A DNA stretch of 64,000 bases from Alphaproteobacteria bacterium. Lineage in GTDB: Bacteria; Pseudomonadota; Alphaproteobacteria; Rs-D84. The position numbers and the translations under genes are program-made. The notes under the pieces are model-generated. The model did no database searches, was not told the DNA's origin, and saw only the letters and a list, made by a program, of their open reading frames with translations. The DNA lies in assembly GCA_015062545.1 (NCBI GenBank), contig SUUL01000004.1:5881-69880 (forward strand), read 5' to 3'. Positions 49,066 to 58,131 of the stretch are shown here, piece after piece. Position 1 is the first letter of the stretch, and the number at the start of each line of letters is the position of its first letter.

Positions 49066-51171
49066 ATGAAGTTTATCAAAAGATTTTTTATAATGATGCT
49101 GTGCGTCATGCCGACATTGGCAGGCGCTCAGATTGCGACCACTGCGGGGGATAATTTAACGGCATGGAATGGAAACAGTGGTGCAACCAATAATAATAAT
49201 TGGAATACAATGATGAACAGTCGTACGTTGGCAACGGCAAATATGCCAACGGCTGATTTTGGGAATTGTAATTCTTTGATTTTGCGTTGTGCGCAACCAA
49301 AATGCGCGGGGTGCACAACGGTTGATTTGGCGCGCTCTATTGTTGCGGGGTGTGTGAACAGTAATGCATCTTGCAAACAGTATGGTAATGAATTGATTGA
49401 ATATATTTCTGCACAGATTGTTGCAAGCGCAAATTCAAAAATGCAAGAACAGCAAATGATGGCGCAACAGGCGGCCGCACAGCAGGCGGCTGCGCAGAGC
49501 AGTGCGCAGATGCAGCAAATGCAACAACAAATGATGCAAATGCAACAGCAGATGCAGGAACAAAATGCGGCACAGATGGCACAAATGCAGGCGGCATTAG
49601 AAGAACAAAAGGCATTGGCCGCCCAAGCGCAGAGCGAGGCATTGGCCGCCCAGCAGGCACAATATGATGCTGCCGCTGCGCAATCTGCGGCCAGTGATGC
49701 TGCGGCAAATCAAACGGTTTCGGGACGTGAATTGACAACGGCACAACGTGTGGCAGCAGAATCGGGAATATCCGAAGATTTGTTGGCGCGTCAGACAATT
49801 TCTGGGGAAATTTTAACGGCGGTTGAAAATGCAGAATTGCAATTAAAAAACCTGAATGCCACCATGCAAGAGGCGTTTACTTATGCCGGCTGTGATAAAC
49901 GTGGTAATAATTGCAAGGGGCCAAAACGTGTCAAGATGTTCAAGGAAAAAGCGCAGCGGTTCTTTCAGCCTTATGATGATATAGTTGATGAATTGTATGA
50001 TGCCTTGGAATTGTCTTTGGCGGTTGGTGTTGATATTACAGATGTTATCATGATGTTAAATGGTGCGTGTAATCGTTGGGGTAAATATATGTGTCGTCCA
50101 GACAAAGGTGCGGATAATAGCAGTAACTTTGCCAAAGAATATCCAACATACAGCACGAAAGATTGTGTAAATGAAAAGTCTGTTGCGGGTGCGGAAGATT
50201 CTGTTGTTCGTGGCGGTCAATCGTGTCGTATCGGGATGGTGGTTCCGCCCCAAGATGATGTCAGATGTGTTTTGACCAGTGTAATTACTGAAAATAACAG
50301 CAAAGATATTGAACGTCAGTGGGTTATGGAAAATGAAGATGATGATGGCTTGGTTCGGTTAGGGTGTGCAACATCTGCGTTGGATACGTTGGCGATATTT
50401 GGTCGCCGCAGTAATAAGAAGGCATCAACAGTATCGATGGAGATTTTAGAACGTATTTTATTACAAGATGCGCCAGAATATTCGTCAAACAATCGTTTTT
50501 CGCGTGGAAATTCGGAATCGGCACAGGTGGCCAAAACCAAATATTGCGCCGTTACCGAAGATGGGTATAATAATTTGGTTTCTGCATTGAATACGCAGAA
50601 ATTGCCAAAGACGGTTTGTATTAGTGATAAGAAGTTAACTAATATCGCCATGAAGGGTGCAATTATGGCATCTGGATTCAAGGGCAGTGGATTAAGTGAC
50701 AGTGGTGTTGTTCCGGGGGTTGATGAAGAAGAATTGTGTGATTGGTGGGGGCTAAGAGCAAAAAGTATTGATGACAGTTGTGGTACAACATGGGATGATG
50801 CGTCCAAGCGTTGTGGTTATTATGGACTGTGCAAGTTTGAAAATAGTGATTTTGTTAAGAGTGATATTGCAATGATAGATGCTGTTGGGTTGGAAAGAGA
50901 GTTAAATTATATGGAGAGTAAATTAGATAATTATGTTGAAGGTGTACAAAATAAAATGTGGTCAACTGCGGGGGGGGGGGGTAAAGTTGCTGAGCTGAAA
51001 GATGATGTGTATTGGCAAAGTCTTGCCCAGGTGGAGGATGAAGTTATAGAAGATGATCCGGCGTGGAAGTTAATTACACCAAAGGATACCTGTGAAGCAA
51101 AAGGAAAAAAGTGGGTGCCAAACGATTTTTATAAGGATAATGGTAAGTATGGAACATGTGTAGATAAATAA
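49066..51171 (+). CDS. secreted Cys-rich protein with Gln/Ala-rich coiled segment
   Basis: signal peptide MKFIKRFFIMMLCVMPTLAGA; QQMQQQ region; many Cys; in-frame G12 tract. Confidence 0.8.
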   Translation: MKFIKRFFIMMLCVMPTLAGAQIATTAGDNLTAWNGNSGATNNNNWNTMMNSRTLATANMPTADFGNCNSLILRCAQPKCAGCTTVDLARSIVAGCVNSNASCKQYGNELIEYISAQIVASANSKMQEQQMMAQQAAAQQAAAQSSAQMQQMQQQMMQMQQQMQEQNAAQMAQMQAALEEQKALAAQAQSEALAAQQAQYDAAAAQSAASDAAANQTVSGRELTTAQRVAAESGISEDLLARQTISGEILTAVENAELQLKNLNATMQEAFTYAGCDKRGNNCKGPKRVKMFKEKAQRFFQPYDDIVDELYDALELSLAVGVDITDVIMMLNGACNRWGKYMCRPDKGADNSSNFAKEYPTYSTKDCVNEKSVAGAEDSVVRGGQSCRIGMVVPPQDDVRCVLTSVITENNSKDIERQWVMENEDDDGLVRLGCATSALDTLAIFGRRSNKKASTVSMEILERILLQDAPEYSSNNRFSRGNSESAQVAKTKYCAVTEDGYNNLVSALNTQKLPKTVCISDKKLTNIAMKGAIMASGFKGSGLSDSGVVPGVDEEELCDWWGLRAKSIDDSCGTTWDDASKRCGYYGLCKFENSDFVKSDIAMIDAVGLERELNYMESKLDNYVEGVQNKMWSTAGGGGKVAELKDDVYWQSLAQVEDEVIEDDPAWKLITPKDTCEAKGKKWVPNDFYKDNGKYGTCVDK
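50970..50981 (+). repeat. G12 homopolymer tract in CDS
   Basis: 12 consecutive G, in TAGGGGK. Confidence 0.9.
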
Positions 51172-51177
51172 TATAAA

Positions 51178-51927
51178 ATGAAAAACTGGAAAAATATTTT
51201 GTTCAAAGTTTTATCTGTGGCAATCGTAACGATGGTCGTGGTGCCGGTGTGGGCGGCGGATGACGGTTGTGATAATGATGATAATAATATGATTACACCA
51301 GAATTGGCACTGTGTTCAACGCATGCATATAATGTAGGGGTGATTGAAAACCCCAGTGATTCTGGCGATCGGGCTTTTATGCAAGAAATTATCGCAATGA
51401 AAACAACACTGATAACGCAGCAAATGTTTCGGCAATATGAACAAATGGAATCTATGTTGAATCGTCTGAAGACCCAGTTGGAAAAAGCAGTTTTGACCAA
51501 TGACTTGAAGGTCGCCAGTGGTAATACAGATGATGAGGAGGATATTAAGTCCAGTGGTTACAGGGCGACCGATGGAACTTATGTGGTTTGTGCGCAAAAT
51601 TGTTTGAATAAGTATCAGATGGCAGAAGCGTTGGATTGTTATGAAAAAAATCTGGCATGTGTGCAACAGCAGTCCGCAAATGGTGAAAATATAACATCGG
51701 AATTGAAAAAACAATTATGGGCAGATTGGAAACAATTAAGCAACTTGAAAGTAGCTGATGGGTCTGGGCCTTGTGGTCTTTCTAAGGATGTAGAAGAGGT
51801 TAAAGATGCCAAAGAGCTGAAATCTAAAAAGTTCAAGGCCCTGTTAAATGATATGCGCGGATGTTTGCGGAATAAGTATTCTGATTACCAGAACGGTCAA
51901 TTGAAGTTAAAGGCTGGAATAAAATAA
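51178..51927 (+). CDS. secreted hypothetical protein
   Basis: signal peptide ending VWA; paired Cys; followed by a terminator. Confidence 0.75.
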   Translation: MKNWKNILFKVLSVAIVTMVVVPVWAADDGCDNDDNNMITPELALCSTHAYNVGVIENPSDSGDRAFMQEIIAMKTTLITQQMFRQYEQMESMLNRLKTQLEKAVLTNDLKVASGNTDDEEDIKSSGYRATDGTYVVCAQNCLNKYQMAEALDCYEKNLACVQQQSANGENITSELKKQLWADWKQLSNLKVADGSGPCGLSKDVEEVKDAKELKSKKFKALLNDMRGCLRNKYSDYQNGQLKLKAGIK

Positions 51928-51929
51928 AT

Positions 51930-51951
51930 ATCCCGCGGGTGCGGGATTTTT
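51930..51951 (+). terminator. intrinsic terminator
   Basis: ATCCCGC-GGGT-GCGGGAT-TTTT. Confidence 0.8.
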
Positions 51952-52022
51952 ATTTGTTGAAATTTTGTCGTCCTGATATGGGAATATAAAAAAAGAATTG
52001 TGAATTGCATGCTTAATAAGTG

Positions 52023-52051
52023 TTTACATAATGGCAAAAAATTGATATAAT
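52023..52051 (+). promoter_or_regulatory. sigma70 promoter
   Basis: TTTACA-N17-TATAAT upstream of 52138. Confidence 0.65.
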
Positions 52052-52137
52052 CAAGTATAGTAAACGTGCATTGTGCGCGGTGAAATCTTATAGAAAGGTT
52101 GGATTTCTGGGTAAAACCAGAATACAAGGAGAGCTGA

Positions 52138-55053
52138 ATGAAAGGGCAGAAATTTTTAAGTTCATTGAAAAATGCAATGGGAACGGTCATGTTGCTGGCG
52201 GGCGCGTTTTTCGTGTGTTCAACTGTGCTGTCTATCCGTACGGTGTTTGCAGACCCAATCGCACCGGTAAATATGGATGTTTATGGTGTGCAGTCTGGAC
52301 GTGCAAGTGCACGTACATCTGGTCGTGCCAGTCCACGTGGTGCAAATTCTGCCACGTCACGCGCGACTGTTGCGCGCACGGCGGTTGCAAATGGACGTGT
52401 AAATGCAACGCCTGTACGTAATGTGAATTCACGCACAGTTGCCAGTCGTACAACATCACCACGTGCAAATGCCACATCATCCAGAAATGTCGTATCGCGC
52501 GAGGCGAATGTTATAAATCGTGCAAATCAGGCGCGTAATGTTCGTGCACGTACGGCGGTCGCAAATGGTGTATCTACGGCCGCGGGGGCGCGTGTGTCCT
52601 TGGCAGGCAGTGCGGTTCGCGGTAACAAAGGTACAACATCCACCAATTATTCTTATCTGACAAATAAATTATATACGGGGAATTATTCCAATATTATTGA
52701 TTCAACAACCGGATTGATTTCCGATGATGCGTATCAGGTATGTATGGAATCTTATTATACATGTATGGACGAAATTTGTACTGCGCGTAATGCCGCGCAA
52801 CGCAGATGTGCGTGTGCGGGCCGTGTCAAGGCATTTGCAGATGCCGAAGCGCAACTGGAAACAGCAAATGAAGAACTTATCAAAGTGTCAGGTGAATTGG
52901 CGTTGTTGATTGCAAACAAGGGTAAAGATGTTTCGGTTGCTTTCCAATTAACAGATGCAGAAAAGGTTATGAACTGTGTTTCTTGGAAGGATACAACCAA
53001 TCAATATGGTGTTAATTCGCAAGAAGCAATAGATTGGTGTTCAAATCATGGTATCTTTAATAATGGCAAAACGGTTACCAGTTGTGCGAAACCAGAATAT
53101 TGTTCCGAAGCCGGAAATGACTTTGGTTTTGATGTTTCCACGTTGGATGGAACGGGGTCTGATATTTTGGCAACACTGAAATCGTGGGCAGATGCCAAAG
53201 ATAATACAATCACAATCTTGCAAGACGACAAAGAAGGTTTGTTGGGGGCGTTCGAAGGAATTTCAAATGTTGTTGGCAGTGTGTCCGGTATCAGTGGGGC
53301 ATTTGCAGATGCCGAAGATTTAGAAGATACATTGGCGGAAACATGGGGATATGATTTGTTTGCACATGCACATAACGAAGTTTGTAGCCGCGTTTTGGAT
53401 TCTTGCTTTAATGGTATTTACGAAGCATGTGGTTCGCCATCTTCGTTTGGAGGCAAGTGCGCAAATGGTCAATCGTCAAATTGTCCGTTTAACTATAATT
53501 CCAAGATAGAAGTTTCCAAAGCAGGGGATATTACATTGAATGAACGTGGTGCAACAGTTACAACAAATTCCAGTGCAACATGCTTTGGTTATACATCTGC
53601 ATCGGGCGACCCATATTCCAGTTTGCGTGGGCCGGTCGCAGATGCACGCCGCAGCATTATGAATAAATATCTGTTGGATGCAAATGCGGACTGTGATGCG
53701 TATGGTGAACAGTTGCGCATAACCGCACAAAATATCGGTTATCAAAAGGTTGCCGCACAACAAGCGTTGCAACAGAAACGTTTGGAATTTGATAACGAAG
53801 AAAAAGAAACTGTCTTGGCCCAGGCAATAGAGGCAATGGGTAACTTTGATGAATGTATCAGTGAAATTATGGATTGCTATGAAACACAGGCACGTTCAAA
53901 TGATAACTGGACAGATGCACGTATCAAGACATACTGTGCACAGATTGCAAATGTTCCACATTGTTATGAAGAAATGATTTGTAATCCATCAATGGCACAA
54001 TTCCGTGCGGTTATTGATGTCGCGGATAGTGGCAGCTGTAAAAACAGCCAAGACTATACCCAGAATACATGCCGCAATGTCGTGACATTGAATGAAATTA
54101 TCAATGGATTTGGCAACAGTGTAGAGGCAGATTATATCGCAGCAGAAGGCACGGGTTCTTCAATCGCAATGCGTGAACAGTGCTTGATGGATGCGGGTAT
54201 AGATGCCGTCAGAAATTGGTCTGCATTTGAAGAAGCAGCGGACAGGGTTAGATGTTCTGTTGCAGAATTGAATAATGTCAATGCAAAGCAAGGTTGGAAG
54301 AGAAGTGCAGATAAAGAATGTACAGAAATTACAGTATGTAAGGATGGTTATGAACTGAAGGGTGGTAAGTGTGAGGTGTCCGACTCTTCTGCTGATGACG
54401 ATGATAATACGCCAGGTAACGATGATAACCCATCTGGTTCCACCGGGGGGGGGGGGAATAAGGTTACTTGTTCTGCAAATCAGGTAGAATATAATAACCA
54501 ATGTTATTACAAGACCCGGTCATGTGCGCCAATGCCCGCGAATGCCAAGTCGGGAACACAGACTTTTGAGAATGGCGCGTATAGTGATTGCGTAATTTCG
54601 GAATGTAACAATGGTTATACTCTGGATAGTAATTTATGCCATGCGTCTAAAAAGGATTGTGATACGAAGGGAGAAGGCGTAAGCAAAGGGTATCAGGAAT
54701 ATAATAAAAACACTGGTTATTATGGTGCCTGTATTATTACAGAATGCGTAGATGGCTATGAATTGCAGAATAATAGTTGCGTAAAGCAACAATCTGAGAG
54801 AGAAGCATGTGTCGATGCTGGCGGAGAATGGGAGGCGGATTCTTCAACATGTATTTGTTATGAGCCGGACGGTGATATATATGGGTTTAAGCCAGCTGAA
54901 TGGAATCCAAAGACATTGAAATGTGAGTGTGATAGCGGATTTGATAAACTCGGTAATGAATGTCACCCAGCTACAGAAGACGCATGCACAGATCTGGGTG
55001 GTAGCTGGATAGAAGATGAAGAAGGTGGAGATAGTCATTATTGTGAGATTTAA
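52138..55053 (+). CDS. large secreted Cys-rich protein with Arg/Ala/Ser/Thr-rich N-region and C-terminal Cys repeats
   Basis: AGGAG RBS; signal-like N-terminus; four CxxG(Y/F)xxxxxxC modules; in-frame G12 tract. Confidence 0.8.
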   Translation: MKGQKFLSSLKNAMGTVMLLAGAFFVCSTVLSIRTVFADPIAPVNMDVYGVQSGRASARTSGRASPRGANSATSRATVARTAVANGRVNATPVRNVNSRTVASRTTSPRANATSSRNVVSREANVINRANQARNVRARTAVANGVSTAAGARVSLAGSAVRGNKGTTSTNYSYLTNKLYTGNYSNIIDSTTGLISDDAYQVCMESYYTCMDEICTARNAAQRRCACAGRVKAFADAEAQLETANEELIKVSGELALLIANKGKDVSVAFQLTDAEKVMNCVSWKDTTNQYGVNSQEAIDWCSNHGIFNNGKTVTSCAKPEYCSEAGNDFGFDVSTLDGTGSDILATLKSWADAKDNTITILQDDKEGLLGAFEGISNVVGSVSGISGAFADAEDLEDTLAETWGYDLFAHAHNEVCSRVLDSCFNGIYEACGSPSSFGGKCANGQSSNCPFNYNSKIEVSKAGDITLNERGATVTTNSSATCFGYTSASGDPYSSLRGPVADARRSIMNKYLLDANADCDAYGEQLRITAQNIGYQKVAAQQALQQKRLEFDNEEKETVLAQAIEAMGNFDECISEIMDCYETQARSNDNWTDARIKTYCAQIANVPHCYEEMICNPSMAQFRAVIDVADSGSCKNSQDYTQNTCRNVVTLNEIINGFGNSVEADYIAAEGTGSSIAMREQCLMDAGIDAVRNWSAFEEAADRVRCSVAELNNVNAKQGWKRSADKECTEITVCKDGYELKGGKCEVSDSSADDDDNTPGNDDNPSGSTGGGGNKVTCSANQVEYNNQCYYKTRSCAPMPANAKSGTQTFENGAYSDCVISECNNGYTLDSNLCHASKKDCDTKGEGVSKGYQEYNKNTGYYGACIITECVDGYELQNNSCVKQQSEREACVDAGGEWEADSSTCICYEPDGDIYGFKPAEWNPKTLKCECDSGFDKLGNECHPATEDACTDLGGSWIEDEEGGDSHYCEI
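54445..54456 (+). repeat. G12 homopolymer tract in CDS
   Basis: 12 consecutive G, in STGGGGN. Confidence 0.9.
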
Positions 55054-55054
55054 T

Positions 55055-55083
55055 AAAAATCCCGCTGTTTGGCGGGATTTTTT
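55055..55083. terminator. bidirectional terminator
   Basis: AAAAATCCCGCT-GTTT-GGCGGGATTTTTT. Confidence 0.85.
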
Positions 55084-55112
55084 GTGTCAGATATCTTGAA
55101 CGTGAATTGATA

Positions 55113-56438
55113 TTATTTTCCCAGACACAGTTGACCAAATGTTTTATCCAAAACTTCGGACGTGGTGATTGTGCCAAGAATCTTGCCAATCGTGTCCGTG
55201 GCGCGGCGGGTGTGTTCCGCAAATATGTCGTAATTATCACCAGCCTGTAACGCCATGTGCAAATCTGCGCGGGCGGTTTCCAATAATGCTTTTGTGCGGG
55301 CGTTGATTACCAAATTGTTTTCAGATCCATCCATAAGTGTGTGAATCTTGTCGCGCAGGGCGGTCAATAAGTCAGGCATCCCATCGCCAGTATGTGCAGA
55401 TACGTACAAGTAATTTTCAATATCCAAAATGTGATTCCCAGATTTTGGTAACAAATCCGATTTGTTTATAACAATGATTTCATTGTCAGAATCTTTGGGG
55501 GTGAATTTTGCTGGCAGTTGTTCCGGTGTGTACACGTGAACAACAATATCTGCATTTTCTATTTCTGTCTTGGTGCGTTCAATACCAATGCTTTCAATTT
55601 TGTCATCTGTTTCACGCAGGCCCGCGGTGTCAGATAAATTTACCATAAAACCATCAATGTCCAGATTAACCGATACAACATCACGTGTTGTGCCGGCAAT
55701 ATCTGATACAATCGCACGGTTCGAACCCGCCAAATAATTAAATATGGATGATTTTCCAACATTCGTTTCGCCAACCAATGCAATATTTATACCACCACGA
55801 ATCGCACGGGATGTGTTGTATCCATTTAATGCATTGTTAATTTCTTTATATAACTTTTCTGTGCGCGTGTAAATCGTTTCGCCAATGTTTGCGGGTAAAT
55901 CATCCGCGTTGTAGTCCAATATTGCCGCCGCATACGCGGATATCTCAACCATCTGGTTGCGCCACGTGTTGTAAATTTCGCTGTCGCGTCCCAGCATGGA
56001 TTTTAAGGCGTGTTTTCTTTGTTGGTCGGTTTGTGCATCCAGTAATGCCGCCAGACCATCAACGTCCGCCAAGTCCATCTTGTTGTTGTAAAATGCGCGT
56101 CTGGAAAATTCCCCAGGGGTTGCCATGCGCATGCCCAATGTTTTCAGGTATTCAAATGTCGCGTTAATTGTTGCCGGCGCGCCGTGCGTGTGTAATTCAA
56201 TAACGTCCGTGCCGGTAAAACTGTGTGGGGCGGGAAAATATATCGCCAGACATTGGTCGATTAAATCGTCCGTGGTATCGGTCAAATTACAAAAATATGC
56301 GTGGCGGGGGACAAATTCCGATTTGTTTATGAATTTGGAAAAAATGTCTGACAGATGGTCGCCAGATATACGAATAACCGCAACGCCGGATTTGCCGTGC
56401 CCGCTGGATAATGCAAAAATTGTGTCGTTTGTATTCAT
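55113..56438 (-). CDS. mnmE: tRNA modification GTPase MnmE
   Basis: DTIFALSSG, SFTGTDVIELHTHG, GETNVGKSS, AGTTRD, DTAGLR, C-terminal LCLGK. Confidence 0.96.
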   Translation of the reverse strand: MNTNDTIFALSSGHGKSGVAVIRISGDHLSDIFSKFINKSEFVPRHAYFCNLTDTTDDLIDQCLAIYFPAPHSFTGTDVIELHTHGAPATINATFEYLKTLGMRMATPGEFSRRAFYNNKMDLADVDGLAALLDAQTDQQRKHALKSMLGRDSEIYNTWRNQMVEISAYAAAILDYNADDLPANIGETIYTRTEKLYKEINNALNGYNTSRAIRGGINIALVGETNVGKSSIFNYLAGSNRAIVSDIAGTTRDVVSVNLDIDGFMVNLSDTAGLRETDDKIESIGIERTKTEIENADIVVHVYTPEQLPAKFTPKDSDNEIIVINKSDLLPKSGNHILDIENYLYVSAHTGDGMPDLLTALRDKIHTLMDGSENNLVINARTKALLETARADLHMALQAGDNYDIFAEHTRRATDTIGKILGTITTSEVLDKTFGQLCLGK

Positions 56439-57031
56439 TATTTATTACCACTTATTTCTTTCAATGCCAATGGAACCAGTTTAGATACGTCTGCCGTTGG
56501 ATTTTGATTTACCAATTTTTGTGCCATTTCAATTATGTCTAATCTGCGATAGCCCAATGCTTCCAGCGCCATCAATAAATCAGGCAGGGCAGAACCTGCG
56601 CTGGATGTGCCGCCGGTGTCTGGGGCAAATAATGTTGCAGATGCGCCACCGACTTTGTTTTTCAATTCAACAATGATTTTTTCTGCCATCTTTTTGCCAA
56701 CGCCTGGGGCGGTTGCAATCGTTTTGGCATCGCCGGTCGCGATTGCAGACATTAAGGTGTCAGAATTTATTGTGCCCAAAATCGCCAAGGCAACCTTTGG
56801 ACCCACACCAGATACGCCTGTTAACATATTAAACAGGTTTTGCCCGTTTAGCGTTGTGAAACCAAACAGACGAATTGAATCTTCGCGCACAACCGTTTCA
56901 ATCCACAGTTCAACAGTACTTTTATGTGTCAGGTATTCTGCTGTATAGACCTTGTATCCGACACCGCCTGTTAATAAAATAACAAAACCATCGCCGATAT
57001 AGTCAACTATGCCTTGCAATTTTCCAATCAT
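56438..57031 (-). CDS. ruvA: Holliday junction branch migration protein RuvA
   Basis: MIGKLQG, GGVGY, VREDSIRLFGF, VSGVGPKVALAIL, PGVGKKMAEKIIVELK. Confidence 0.96.
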   Translation of the reverse strand: MIGKLQGIVDYIGDGFVILLTGGVGYKVYTAEYLTHKSTVELWIETVVREDSIRLFGFTTLNGQNLFNMLTGVSGVGPKVALAILGTINSDTLMSAIATGDAKTIATAPGVGKKMAEKIIVELKNKVGGASATLFAPDTGGTSSAGSALPDLLMALEALGYRRLDIIEMAQKLVNQNPTADVSKLVPLALKEISGNK

Positions 57032-57081
57032 TTGTTATCCTTTTGGGGTAATTTTAATCTAAATAAATAAAAAGGTCAAAT

Positions 57082-57798
57082 ATGAGTGGACACAGTAAAT
57101 GGCATAATATTCAACATAAAAAGGGCGCGGCAGACGCTGCACGCAGTGGCTTGTTTACCAAGTTGGCACGTGAAATTACAATGGCGGCAAAGTTGGGCGA
57201 TAAAAATCCTGATAATAACCCACGCCTTCGCTTGGCGATTTTGACAGCCCGCAAAAATTCTATGCCAAATGATAACATCAAGCGCGCGATTGACAAGGCA
57301 TCTGGCGCGAACACAGAAAGCTATGAAGCGGTACGTTACGAAGGGTATGGACCGGGGGCTGTACCTGTTATCGTAGAAGCCTTGACCGATAACCCACGCC
57401 GTACAGTGCCAGAAATCCGTAATATCTTTGCCAAAAATGGTGGTAATATGGGCGAAGAAGGTTCTGTTGTATTTATGTTTACACGCGCGGGTCAAATCAT
57501 GTACCCGGCATCAATCGGTAAAACCGAAGATGAAATGATGGAAATTATTATGGAAGCAAATGCGGATAATTTGGAAACATCAGAAGAGGGCTTTATCATC
57601 ACAACAAAACCCGAAGATTTTATCAACGCACAAAAATACTTGGCGGATATTTTGGGTGAACCAGAACAGGCAGAATTAACCTGGTTACCAAACATGCCAA
57701 TGGATTTGGATGATGAAGCGTATGCCAAAATTGAAAAATTGGTAGATGCGCTGGATGCAAATGATGATGTGCAGAAGGTGTTTACAGCGGCTGCCTAA
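57082..57798 (+). CDS. yebC: YebC/PmpR family protein
   Basis: MSGHSKWHNIQHKK, NPRLR, YEGYGPG, TDNPRRT, DDVQKV. Confidence 0.96.
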   Translation: MSGHSKWHNIQHKKGAADAARSGLFTKLAREITMAAKLGDKNPDNNPRLRLAILTARKNSMPNDNIKRAIDKASGANTESYEAVRYEGYGPGAVPVIVEALTDNPRRTVPEIRNIFAKNGGNMGEEGSVVFMFTRAGQIMYPASIGKTEDEMMEIIMEANADNLETSEEGFIITTKPEDFINAQKYLADILGEPEQAELTWLPNMPMDLDDEAYAKIEKLVDALDANDDVQKVFTAAA

Positions 57799-57804
57799 AA
57801 AAAT

Positions 57805-58080
57805 AAATTAAATCTAATGACTTATCTAAAAGGAAAAACGATGGCTCATGTAACTTTTGTACACTACGCCATCGTTTTTCCTTTTATCTAAATCATTATC
57901 TTTAATTTCTTTCGCTAATCTTGGGGTTGGGTGGAATCTCATGTATCGCATGTACACTACGATTCCCGATTTGTTTTTATCTAAATCATTATCTTTAATT
58001 TCTTACCATCGCAAGGAGTTGTTGGGCGATGGCTTATGTAACTTGGTGTACACTACGCCATCGTTTTTGGTTTTTTTATC
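57805..58080 (-). repeat. array of hairpin elements: full copy 3 (57805-57908) plus truncated copies (57933-58001, 58027-58080)
   Basis: three cores, two intact right arms, linkers ctttcgctaatcttggggttgggt and cttaccatcgcaaggagttgttggg. Confidence 0.93.
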
Positions 58081-58131
58081 CTTTTTTATATACGTATTTT
58101 ATGCTATAATTTATCAAAAGGAGTTTTATAA

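Noticed and set aside
57896-57906. dif-like site: TTATCTTTAAT matches the XerD box TTATGTTAAAT at 9/11
   Set aside because: No XerC box 6 nt upstream; multiple copies and AT-richness make a chance match plausible.
57805-58080. CRISPR or TIGR-type array
   Set aside because: Only 2-3 units per locus, the variable parts are self-complementary and reused between loci, and there is no cas or Nop-domain gene in the window.
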